From NCBI RefSeq assembly GCF_004010195.1, contig NC_057755.1, positions 957,023-1,021,022 on the forward strand: a DNA stretch of 64,000 bases, in the 5' to 3' direction. This DNA is from Chiloscyllium plagiosum (lineage: Eukaryota). The notes below the pieces were generated by a model. The model did not search any database and was not told the DNA's origin. It saw only the letters and a program-made list of their open reading frames with translations. Made by a program: the position numbers and the translations under genes. Shown in pieces: positions 38,052 through 49,770 of this stretch; positions within the stretch are counted from its first letter, which is position 1, and each line of letters starts with the position of its first letter.

Positions 38052-39425
38052 GTGGAGAAGGAGCTGAATGATTTCCTCCTGTTCCAGCATAACAAGAAGG
38101 AGAAGGAGTTGAATGGCTTCCTCCTGTTCCAGCGTAACATTCTGGAGAAGGGGCTGATTGTCATCCTCCTGTTCCTGTCGGAGAGGCTGTTTGAGTTGAA
38201 TGGCAGCTTCCTGTCCCAGTGCTATTCATCTCCTTCTCCAACCGGTCCCACAAGGAGAAGAGGGCTGAATAGTCTCCTCCTGTTGCTGTAGGTTGAAATG
38301 GAGAAGGGGCTGAATATCCTCCTTCTGTTCCTGTGGTACAGGATGCAGAAGGGGCTGAATGGCATCCTTCTGCTCCTAAGGGACAGACTGGAAATGGAGC
38401 TGAATAGCCTCATCCTGTTCCTGCGGGACAGGCTGGAAAAAGACTGAATAGCCCTCCGCCTGTTCCTGTGGGTATGGCTGGAGAAGGAGATCGATACCCT
38501 CCACTTGTTACTGTGTGACAGGTTAGATAAGGCCTCCTCCAGTTCCTGTGGGACGGGATGGAGAAGGGGCTGAATAGCCTCCACATGTTTCTGTGGGACA
38601 GGTTGGAGAAGAAGATGAATGTCCTCCTCCTGTTCCTGTGGGACATGCTGGAAAATGGGATGAATAGCCTCTGCATTTTCCTGGGGTAAAGGTTGGCGAA
38701 GGAGATGAATGGCCTTCTCCTGTTCCTCTGGGACGGATTGGAGAAGGGGCTGAATGGCCTGCTCCTGTTCCTGTGGGACAGGTTGGAGAAGGAGACGACA
38801 TACCTTCTCCTGTTCCTGTGGAACAGGCTGGAAAGGGGCTGAATAGCCCCCTCATGTTCCTGTGAGACAGGCTGGAGTTGGGGGGGAATAGCCTCATCCT
38901 GTTCCTGTGGAACAGATTTGCGAAGGGGCTGAATGGCCTCCTCTTGTTCCTGTGAGACGGGCTAGAGAAGGAGATGAATAGCTTCCTCATGTTTCTGTGG
39001 GTCAGGTTGGAGAAGGAGATGACAGCCTCCTCCTGTTCCTGTGGGACAGGCTGAAAAAGGGGGTGAATACCCTCCGCCTGTTTCTGTGGGACAGGTTAGA
39101 GATGGGGCTGAATAGCCTCCTCCTGTCCCTGTGGGACCAGTTGGCGAAGGGGTTGAATGGCCTCCTCTTGTCGCTGTGGGACTGGTTGGAGAAGGTGATT
39201 AATTACCTTCTCCTGTTCCTATGGGACAGGTTGGAGAAGCAGAAGAATAGCCACCTCCTGTTCCTGTGGGACAGGCTTAAAATGGTGCTGAATACCCTCC
39301 TCCTGTCCCTGTGGGACCGGTTGGAGAAGGAGATGAATAGCCCCCTCATGTTCCTGTGGAACGGGCTGGAGAAGAGGCTGAATAACCTGCGCCTATTTCT
39401 GTGGGACAGGTTGGAGAAGGAGATG
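38052..39425 (+). repeat. 45-bp minisatellite, about 30 units, derived from the CR1/SINE 3' tail motif
   Basis: Consensus ggttggagaaggggctgaatagcctcctcctgttcctgtgggaca. The core resembles the CR1 tail aagggctgaatggcctacacctgcacct at about 24146. Confidence 0.92.
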
Positions 39426-39934
39426 GAGATGCATCGAGAAAAAAACCCACGAATGGACGGTGAATAGGTGCAATATTTGAAATGTTGAAGACGCTTTCAT
39501 TTAAAACTTTACCCAACGGCAATAAAGAAAGTCAGAGACTTGAAAATTTCACTGTGAAATAGGCAGACAAATGGCAGATCACGACGGAAGTGAGAAAGCT
39601 TTATTCTTTTTGGTAGAGAGAGATGATATAAATTAGCTGGCCCAATTCTGGAGGGGAAATAACAGCATCAAGACTTGGAGATTTACGCTTTTTTTGGAGA
39701 GTGATTGGGCAGGCTGGGCAGTTGTGTAAAAAAAAAGCCACACACAGTGTAATTCGAATATCAAGGGGAGGGATATATTATTGAACATTTTTCAGCCACA
39801 GTCAGGGGAAAGAGGCTAGATTTGAACTCTTGTGATGCAAATGGCTTGCATTGGGTTAACACCATTCCTGAACACCACACTTTAGGAAGAATTTCAATGC
39901 CTTGGTTATGCTGTAGGAGGAGGTTAATAGTCGT

Positions 39935-40450
39935 GGGGACATAGAAACAGGCCATTCAGCCCCCTGCGAGTTTGTTCTGACATTCAACGGCTGATCTGTA
40001 GGCTAACTCCATATACCTGTAATTGTACCTTATCCTGGAATACCTATGTTTTATAAAACGTATCTATCTATCACAGAATGATAATTAACAACTTGTCCAG
40101 CATACACTACTCTTTGTTGAAGAGAGTGCAAAATATCCCCCACCATTTCTGTGTGGTGTTGCTTCTTAAAATCTCTCATATGCACAATGGCCTGACAACA
40201 CAAACTATGTCCCTTTTAGTCGAAACGCCAAACAGTGGAAATAGTTTATCGATTTAAACCCCGTGTCCTAAGTTGTAGAGAAACAAGGCCTAATTTATAC
40301 CGTCTCACCCGATAACTGAACAGGCATCATTCTTGAAAATCTACACTGCACCCCCTCGAAGACCAAGGTATCCTTTTAAGGTGTGTTACCTGGAACTGTT
40401 CACAGTTCTCAAACCAGGGTTTTGTATAACTGCAGCATAACTTCTGTGGC
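39935..40450 (-). mobile_element. Decayed CR1 3' fragment
   Basis: aggccattcagcccc tail and the ..ccagggttttgtataactgcagcataacttc RT C-terminal region. Confidence 0.6.
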
Positions 40451-40529
40451 CTTTAATGGGATGAGAACAACACTGCCGAGGACAGCAAGTTTTTTTGCCC
40501 ATCCCAGAGAGCAGTCAAGAGTAAACCAC

Positions 40530-40627
40530 GTCGATTTTACTGCTCCTCGGATGCTGCCTGAATTGCTGTGCTCTTCCAGCACCACTAATCCAGAATCTGG
40601 TTTCCAGCATCTTCAGTCATTGTGTTT
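40530..40627 (+). mobile_element. Solo Penelope pLTR fragment inserted in a SINE
   Basis: Near-identical to 5441-5535. Flanked by a(c/t)cac, interrupting SINE core aaccac|attgctgt. Confidence 0.7.
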
Positions 40628-41653
40628 ATCACATTGCTGTCAGTCGAGAGTTACATATAGGCCAAACCAGATAGGAATGGCAACTTTCTTTCTGAAAGAA
40701 CATGAGTGAAACTTTACTTGTTGATTTTATTTTCATCGAAAATACTAAGGCAAAATTATTAATCAATATGTTGGGCATTTCTCTGTAACCATTGACAATA
40801 TCGTTTCTAAGTTTCATTTTCCACTTGCTTACTTAGTGGACCTCGTTTTACACTAATAAACAGACATGGTTTAACATTTTTGAAAAACAAGATAGATACA
40901 TAAACAACCTTATAAAATCACTATTTCCCTCTTATATCCCAAGAACCTTCACAGTTCTGAAATGTCTATTCCCAAACACTATTTCAAATTAGAGCTCATT
41001 GAACAGGAGTTGGGGTTTTTATTCCCTACTCCCAATATTCCTGCTTCTATTCCTTGACAGACTCTGATTTGATTTGCTTCTTTTAGCTATGATATGGAGG
41101 CGTTTGCGTTGGACGGGGGTGTACAGGTCAGAAGTTGCATGACACCATGTTATCGTCCAACATGTTTATTTAAAATTGCAAGCTGTCATGTGACTTCTGA
41201 CATTCCTTTTTTTTTTAGTTTTCCATGTCATTTTCGATTACAATTTCTTAGCAGCAGTTTCTTAGAACAATGCAATAAGGAAAACTTAAATTCAGTTTAT
41301 ATCTCACGAAGGTGTTACATACAATGGTAATAGATATCTGATTTTCCCCCTTTTTCATTTGACCCATTCCAAAAAGAGATCTACTGAAACTGATGCCTGT
41401 TGCTCCATCTGAAACCTTGTGGCAATGTTTCATCGACAACCCATTCAATGTTCAATTAAGGTGAAGGTTTGTATATCTGTCTGGCTTGATTGAACTTGAC
41501 AGTGAATTCTGCAGGCTTCTTGGTTTTTTCGCACAGTTCCTCTGTTTCATTAACACTGGTTCAATGTAATCAATCAAGCTAATGGGATTGTGTAATCGGG
41601 CCGACCACACCGACGCCACTACCGACACCAGGATTCCTGTTCCAGGTTCACAA

Positions 41654-43625
41654 ATAGAACATAGAACAATACAGCACAGAACAAGCCCTTCGGCCCACCA
41701 AGTTGTGCCGAACATTTGTCCTAGCTTAAGGACCCATCCTTGTACCTATCCAAGAACCTATCCCTGACGTCTCCCTTATACCTTCCACCCTTCACCTTGA
41801 AATTATGTCCCCTTGTAACACTCTGTTGTACCCGGGGAAATAGTTTCTGACTGTCTACTCTATCGATTCCCCTGATCATCTTATAAACCTCGATAAAATC
41901 TCCCCTCATCCTTCGCCGTTCCAATGAGAAAAGGCCTAGCACGCTCAACCTATCCTCGTACGACCTATTCTCCATTCCAGGCAACATCCTGGTAAATCTT
42001 CTCAGCACCCTCTCCAAAGCTTCCACATCTTTCCTAAAGTGAGGCGACCAGAACTGCACACAGTACTCCAAATGTGGCCTAACCAAATTCCTGTACAGCT
42101 GTAACATCACTTCACGACTCTTGAATTCAATCCCTCTGCTAATGAACGCTAATATACCATAGGCCTTCTTGCAAGCTCTATCCACCTGAGTGCCAACTTT
42201 CAAAAATCTATGAACATAGACCCCAAGATCCCTCTGCTCCTCCACCTTACGAAGAACCCTACCGTTAACCCTGTATTTTGCATTCTTATTTGTCCTTCCA
42301 AAATGGACAACCTCACACTTGGCAGGGTTGAACTCCATCTGCCACTCCTCAGCCCAGCTCTGCATCATATCTAAGTTTCTTTGCACCCGACAACAGCCGT
42401 CCTCACTATCCACAACTCCACCAATCTTCGTATCATCTGTAAATTTACTGATCCACCCTTCAACTCCCTCTTCTAAGTCATCAATAAAGATTACAAACAG
42501 CAGAGGACCCAGAACTGATCCCTGCGGAACTCCACTTGCAACTGGGCTCCAGGCTGAATATTTACCATCTACCACCACTCTCTGACTTCGACCGATAAGC
42601 CAGTTTTCTATCCAACTGGCCAAAATTCCCACTATCCCATGCCTCCTGACTTTCCGCATAAGACTATCATGGGGAACCTTATCAAATGCCTTACTAAAAT
42701 TCATGTATACTACATCCACTGCTCTACCCTCATCCACATTCTTGGTTACCTCCTCAACGAATTCAATAAGACTTGTAAGGCAAGACTTACCCTTCACAAA
42801 TCTGTGCTGGCTTTCCCTAATCAAGCAGTGTCTTTCCAGATACTCATAAATCCTATCCCTCAGTACCCTTTCCATTACTTTGCCTACCACTGAAGTAAGA
42901 CTAACTGGCCTGTAATCCCCGGGGTTATCCCTATTCCCTTTTTTGAACAGGGGCACAACATTCGCCACTCTCCAGTCGCCTGGTACCAACCCTGTTGAAA
43001 GTGACGATGAAAAAATCATTGCCAACGGCTCTGCAATTTGCTCTCTTGCTTCCCACATAATCCTAGGATAGATCCCGTCAGGCCCGGGGGACTTGTCTAT
43101 CCTCAAGTTATTCAAAATGTCCAACACATCTTCCTTCCTAACAAGTATCTCCTCTAGCTTACCAGTCCATTTCACACTCTCGTCTTCAACAATACGGTCC
43201 CTCTCGTTTGTAAATACTGAAGAAAAGTACTCATTCCAGACCTCACTTATCTCTTACGACTCAATACACAGTCTCCCACTACTGTCCTTGATCGGACCTA
43301 CCCTCGTTCTCGTCATTCTCATGTTTCTCACATACGCATAAAATGCCTTGGTGTTATCCTTGATCCTATCCGCCAAAGATTTTTCATGCCCTCTCTTAGC
43401 TCTCCTAATCCCTTTCTTCAGCTCCCTTCTGGCAATCCTGTATCCCTCCAATGCTCTGTCTGAACCTTGCTTCCTCAACCTCATGTAAGCCCCCTTCTTC
43501 CTCTTGACAAGACATTCAACCTCCCTCGTCAACCAAGGTTCCCTCACAAGACCATCTCTTTCCTGCCTGACAGGTACATACATATCAAGAATACGTCGTA
43601 TCTGTTCCTTGAAAAAGTTCCTCAA
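41654..43625 (-). mobile_element. Young 5'-truncated CR1 LINE with a 484-aa open RT-containing frame
   Basis: ORF 41721-43175 contains KSPGPDG, YMNFSKAFDKVPH, GVPQGSVLGPLLF, ISKFTDDTK, RPHLEYCVQFWSP. (ATAGAAC)n tail. No APE domain. Confidence 0.95.
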
Positions 43626-43859
43626 ATGTGCTGCTGTACTCACCACTGATGGCATCTTCCTCCGCTGTCTCTGCCACAAGGAAGAGAAGACTAGGATGAA
43701 GATGAAGATGAGAAAGCAAAGAAGAAAGAAGGATGTGACTGGCCTGCTGATCAGAATCAAATGGGCGCAGGAGCCTGGCAACGCCTCCAATCTTAAAACA
43801 AAAATTGACGGTGATATTTACCAGGGAGGTTAACCAGGGCTCAAGTGCTTCAAATGTGA

Positions 43860-44095
43860 CGTGAGTCGAGAGAGGCTGGTATTGGTTTTGGTCAAATTCA
43901 ACGATGTCAAGTCGATGAACACTCCTCCTGCTGCTCAACAAGGGAGCATGGAATTTGAACATGAAACTGCAAATGACAGAAAGCATGGACGAGCTTAAAA
44001 AGGGTTCCACAGGTTGGAGAACCGTGAAACCCCTCTTTGAGTCTCCCTCGGAATTGTGGGTACTAGTCAAGGGGAACATCAAGAGAATCTTTGTG
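43860..44095 (+). mobile_element. L1/Tx1-clade ORF2 fragment (post-endonuclease region)
   Basis: GAWNLNMKLQMTESMDELKKGSTGWRTVKPLFESPSELWVLVKGNIKRIF resembles the WKLN..W..W..K.NIK motif that follows L1/Tx1 APE domains. Confidence 0.62.
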
Positions 44096-44989
44096 TCTTA
44101 ATGTTTTGGAGAATGTAAATTAACTTGCTGCATGTTGTCATCTGTTCTCACACATCAATTCAAACCTGTGAGATGTAATAAGTTAATCCTTTAAATATGT
44201 TATTTCTGTCCAAATACCATAAACATCATCACAAATAATAAAAAAGTGAGATTTTGACAGTAATTGTATGACTAAACGGATATATTATTGAGGATATCTC
44301 GGAAATTAGGAGGTAGTTCTCCAGAAAGATCTCTGTCCCTGAATCTATTAAGAACGTGAGGGAAGCATTTGATCCTGAAGATTAGGATTTTGGAACACAA
44401 CATCTTCATGGAAAGAGAATGTGTTTTTGTTGCTTTTCTCTTTCACTCATAGATTTACTACTTCAATTGGCCAACTTAATTCCCCTGCTACCTGAGCTTT
44501 ATCCAGGTTTCCCAACACTCTGACAAGATTCAACAAATATTCCACAATGGCAGTAGTATGTTTCCTCTGAAGAGTAGCAATCCCTATCCATTTTAAGAAA
44601 AACATATTTCGAATTTATTCAGGTCACAACAGCCCCAGAACCCTCACATGATTTTTGGCATAATGTATACTCAGAGTAACAAGGGGAGAAGCTTTCCAAT
44701 TTCTTTCCTGATTTGTTCCATTTTACTGATAGCAATTCATCCCTGATTCTACCTGTTATCGTCATGAGGTCAGCCAGCTGGATCTAAAAGGATATGAGTT
44801 CCCTCATTGAGTGCCCTTAGAAAATAGTACATTTTTCAGAAGTGATGGCTTACCACCTGAATTGTGTTCACCACGGTGGCACTCGATTGGCCTTGATCTG
44901 CTGGAAGTGTACAACAATATGTTTCGAAAAGGTAGCATGTGTGAATCCAACAGGTAGGTTATCATCCCTCTTATCCACAGATAGAAGGA

Positions 44990-45345
44990 GGACAAGGAGA
45001 CTGTCGACCGGTTTTTCTGCTAAATGTTGTTTACAGAATCCTGCTTTAGATTAATGCTAACTAGCTCTTGTCTGTTGTGGAAAATGTGATTCACCCCAAT
45101 CAAATTTGTGCTGTACGTGGCAGGATGATCTGAGAGTCTCACGTGCCTCAGAGATACTGTTGTTTACATATGGAATAATGAGATTGGAAACATGCCTTAT
45201 CAGCCTGATTCAGGAGAAAGCCGTTGACAGGAAATTGCACAACAACACGTGGGGCGTAATCTCCAAAATTGGCTTTGGGGACGAGATCTGCAATTGGATT
45301 CTACTGATCTTCAGCAAGAGCATTGGCTATCCGATGAGAACATAA
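44990..45345 (+). mobile_element. L1/Tx1-clade RT fragment (inverted paralog of 13095-13470)
   Basis: LLNVVYRIL..VIHPNQICAV..CLISLIQEKAVDR..ISKIGFGDEICNWI. Confidence 0.75.
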
Positions 45346-46332
45346 TCCGTATTAGCCAGTTTATGCATCAATTATTTCTTATACTCTTTATTTAGAATCG
45401 GAGCATTTTCAAATTCAATTTCTTCATTCTCCATCTTAAAAAACAATTTTAGCATTTTAAGGCCGTTCTTCCCGTATACAATAACATTGTTACATAACAT
45501 GGTCTCAATTTGTCCGTACTTGTTTCGCAAAAAGTATAAAAAATCGGTTCATGCTTGCATCTGTGCTCTTGCGTCAATTTAATACTTCGAGATAAAATGA
45601 GTTAGTCCTCTCAATGTGCATTGTGGCTTTAGGTGTTTGGACGGTTGTGAACAGTTCAACATATTGATGTATTGCTTCAGTCTGTTTATGAACAAATACC
45701 TTGAACTTAGTTATAAAGACATAATACAATGAGTCACGTTTCAACAGTAATTTAAAGCATATGTTATAGAGGATCTTCCGAAATTCAACAAGTAACCCAC
45801 TGAAATTAACTCTGCCCCTAAATCTGTGTGGCAGGGGAGGCAAGTGTTTGATCCTGAAGACTAAGATTCTGAGAGTCAACAGCTTAAGAGATCGATAATG
45901 TGATTCTGCTGCTTTTCTCTTTTCGTCACAGATTGTACTACTTCCCATGGTCAGCGTCATGTCCCTCCTTACTGAGTTTGATCCCGGATTCCCAAACTTC
46001 TGGCAGGTCTGAATAAATATTCCCCAGCAACAATAGCATGTCTCCCCAACTGGGTAGCAATCCCCATACAATTAAATCAAAACAAACGCTATGTAATCAG
46101 ATTGCCGCAGCATGACAAACATTTCCAATAATTGAGACGTCCAAAGTCCTTCCTCCGAGAATCAATGTTTCTTGTCACACTTATTTGGGCCTAATGAGCA
46201 CTTGGAGTCATCCATGGACCTGCTTTTGAATTTCTTGACCGATTTGCGAATTTCTACTTTCACAAAATCATTTTTTTTTTCTCCTGGTAATGATTGCCAT
46301 GAGGTCGGTCAGCTAGACCGTATTAGTTGCAG

Positions 46333-47645
46333 ACTCATAGAGTCAAAGAGAATGCAGCATGGAAACAGATCTTTCGGTCCCACCTGTACATGCCGACCAG
46401 ATATCCCAATTCAATTTAGTCCCACCTGCCGGCACCTGGCCCATATCCCTCCAAACCCTTCCTATTCATATACCCATACAAATGCCTCTTAAGTGTTGTA
46501 ATTGTACCAGCCTCCACCACCTCCGGCAGCTCATTCCATACACGTACCACCCTCTGCGTGAAAACGTTGCTCTGCAGGTCTCTTTTATATCTTTTTCCTC
46601 TCACCCTAAACCTCTGCCCTCTAGTTCTGGACTCCTCAACCCCAGGATAAAGACTTTGCCTATTTATCCTATCCATGCCTCTCATAATTTTGTAAAACTG
46701 TATAAGGTCAGCCCTCAGCTTCCGACGCTCCAGGGAAAAAAAGCCCCAGCCTGTTCAGCCTCTCCCTATAGCTCAGATCCTCCAACCCAGGCAACATTCT
46801 TGTCAATCTTTTCTGAAACCTTTCAAGTTTCACAACATCTTTCCGATAGGAAAGAGATCAGGAATCCACGCAATATTCCAACAATGGCCTAACCAATGTC
46901 CTATACAGCCACAACATGACCTCCCAACTCCTGTACTGAATGCTCTGACCGATAAAGGAAAACATACCAAACGCCTTCTTCACTATCGTACCTATCTGCT
47001 ACTCCACTTTCAAGGAGCTATGAACCTGCACTCCAAGGTATCTTTGTTCAGCAACACTCCCTAGGACCCGACCGTTAAGTGTGTAAGTCCTGCTAAGATT
47101 TGCTTTTCCAAAATTCAGCACCTCGCATTTATCTGAATTAAACTCCATCTGCCACTTCTCAGCCCATTGGCCCATCTGGTCCAGATCCTGTTGTAATCTG
47201 AGATAACCCTCTTCGCTGTCCACTACACCTCCAACGTTGGTGCCATCTGCAAACTTACTAACTGTACCTCTTATGCTCGCATCCAAATCATTTATGTAAA
47301 TGACAAAAAGTAGAGGTCCCAGCACCGATCCTTGTGGCACTCCACTGGTCACAGGCCTCCAATCTGAAAAACAACCCTCCACCGCCATTCCCTGTCTCCT
47401 ATCATTGAGCCAGTTCTGTATCCAAATGGCTAGTTCTCCCTGTATTCAATGAGATCTATCCTTGCTAATCAGTCTCCCATGGGAAACCTTGTCGAAGTCC
47501 ATATAGATCACATCTACCGCTCTGCCCTCATCAATCACCTTTATTCCTTCCTCAATAAAACTCAATCAAGTTTGTCAGACCTGATTTCCCACACACAAAG
47601 CCATGTTGACTATCCCTAATCAGTCCTTGACTTTTCAGATACATT
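46333..47645 (-). mobile_element. CR1 LINE 3' portion inserted into an old LTR-like element
   Basis: GVPQGSVLGPLLFVIYINDL..VSKFADGT and a catagagtca tail. Host sequence gaggtcggtcagctagacc resumes as ..ccctgattggggctgttaatc after about 47645. Confidence 0.9.
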
Positions 47646-49332
47646 GGATGTGAAATCCCTGATTGGGGCTGTTAATCTGTGCCAAACAGGGAGATCTGGC
47701 TGATTCTAAAGAGTGAATGTCAGGGATATTGAGATGCTGAATACCTGACTCCGTGAAAGGCTTTTGTCACAAACTCGGCATTTATAAATGAAGGGTGATT
47801 AATGGCTGGATGCCAGACTCTGAACGGTTGGTGCCAATGTGGACCAGGACCAGGACACTTTCCATCTTCCATCCGTGTCCCACCCACTGACCACCCCTCC
47901 CCAGTCACGTGCTGATTTTGTTCTGTGACTTTCCCAACCCTAGGCACTGTTGAGACAATATATTATTCTGGACTCTTTCAAGTCCGGACTGGTGGTTCTG
48001 AAAGAGTCAGTCAGTCATTTTAGGTTTCTTCATATTGATATTTGATGTTAACACATCACTAAACTGACTTTATAAATGCGGGGGGGGGGGGGGGGCGAAA
48101 GAAAAATACTGGACAGTTCGGAGTCCGTGTCTGTTTGAGTGCAACATCAATTGATCAGAATGAGAGCTGGGCAGCAAGGGTTTAATAACGGGGAAATAAA
48201 ATGACGGAAATCTAGGGTTAAACTCTTCCTATTGAGAAGGGTCTGAGATGAATGAAGCTTTCAAGAGAATAATGGAAACTACTGGCAGTGAATGGACGGA
48301 AAGGCTTCTTGTTACCGCTTAATTTGGAACTACGATGAGCATCTAAAACTTTGCCGATGGTCTGAATCTTTTCAAGACCATAATTAATGACAAATGTCTC
48401 ACATTTCTCTCAATTATATTGCAAAGAGTATTTGTGTTCGTTCACTCACTGAACCTGCCCTTCCCCTTCTCAGTGATCCTATGCTCTCCTTGTCATTTAC
48501 TGTCCCAACTGATATTGTGCTATCAACAAATGTCACACATGATCCCATCATATCAGTCATTGATAGAAATTATAAATGGCTGTGCCTGGAGAAATGTTCC
48601 TTGTGGCATTCACTAATATTTGCCCGACAACACGAAAAAGACATATTTATTCCTTCCCTCTCTTTTCTGTCCTTTGTCATGCCTCATGCCAAGCCCCATT
48701 TCCCCAGCACCGCAGGCTTTATTGACAAGAGTGACATCCGCTCAAATACTTCCACATTTTGACATTTTTGTATTTTTGTGTGCCCAAATCCCTCCCTGGC
48801 ATCACTCCACCATCTCGCTTAAAGCTATTCCAACCCATCATCAGTGAGGTATTTTCAGTTACTTCTCTGTGCATGTGCAGTACAGTTCAGGGTACAGAGA
48901 ATAACACATCCCCATGTGCAGCTGCACAAATCATGTGTCTCAGAGTCAGCTCTGAAACATTACAGGACACTCGTATCCTGCTAGGAGGATCGATATTGTT
49001 TGGACTTATGTAACCATTGAAGGCATTTTTCAGTGACTTCTTTTACTAGTTTCAATTATTGCCCGGATTGGAGAAATGATATTCGATTCCGAAGTTTTAT
49101 CTGTGCAGGGTCTGTAATTCTGCTGTGATGTTAGATTTACAAAAACCTAAATGTATCGTCTCCATTCATCAATTATCATCCCTTCACAGTCCAGCTACTG
49201 ATAACCAGTGAAGGCACATCTCAGAGTCGAAGAGAACGTTTCCAAATGGTCAAAGGCAAGGGAAGGACGTCACTGAAAGAAAATGAGATATCAATGTTGG
49301 ATATCAGTGTTGGGTGTCAATGTTGGTATATA

Positions 49333-49460
49333 AGGTGGCACAGTGCCTCCACGGTTAGCCGTGCTGCCTCTCAGGGCCAGCTTATTGGTCTGGGTGCTAT
49401 ACATTTGCAGGATCGGTGTAGACTCGATGGGCCAATTGGCTTGCATCTACATTGGAATCC
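49333..49460 (+). mobile_element. HE1-like SINE with internal deletion (paralog of 30520-30660)
   Basis: ggtggcacagtg..ggttagcc.tgctgcctc.cagggcca..gtctggg..gactcgatgggcc, at the same position upstream of exon 1. Confidence 0.7.
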
Positions 49461-49703
49461 CACATGCATTTTCCAATGTTTGCAGTTGACCGATAAGTGT
49501 CATTTCTAAAAATACTCTGACAATTGGAAGGTAATTCACCACTGTCACCCGTTTGTTCAGATTCTTAAATAAATGAATTGAACCACATTGGAATGTAACA
49601 GTCCCCGGGCGATGTCAGCAGACATAAATGAAAGGCTTTGAGACTGTACCACCTCGGCATTGAGTACAGACAGATTGCCTGCATAAAGCGACTCAGGCAG
49701 AAA

Positions 49704-49770
49704 ATGACCTTCTCGTTTGATCCTGTGCAGAAAATATTATGCATGACCATCCCGACCGTAACAATTCTTG
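49704..49770 (+). pseudogene. GPR139-like GPCR copy 3, orphan exon 1 (donor mutated)
   Basis: 67 nt, MTFSFDPVQKILCMTIPTVTIL-G, followed by ATAAGT instead of GTAAGT. Flanks are inverted paralogs of copies 1 and 2. No exon 2 follows before the next unit. Confidence 0.75.

Noticed and set aside
38052..39467. CRISPR-like array, or a 15-aa repeat protein (LLLFLWDRLEK..N)
   Set aside because: Units are head-to-tail with no unique spacers and no cas genes, in a vertebrate context. The ORFs follow from the 45-nt period and are broken by stops and frameshifts.
45574..46071. 165-aa ORF as a host gene
   Set aside because: No recognisable domain, and the paralogous blocks do not appear to keep the frame.
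48078..48096. Poly-G run as a G-quadruplex element (also 34198-34213)
   Set aside because: Simple homopolymers not seen in the paralogs; their length is unreliable.
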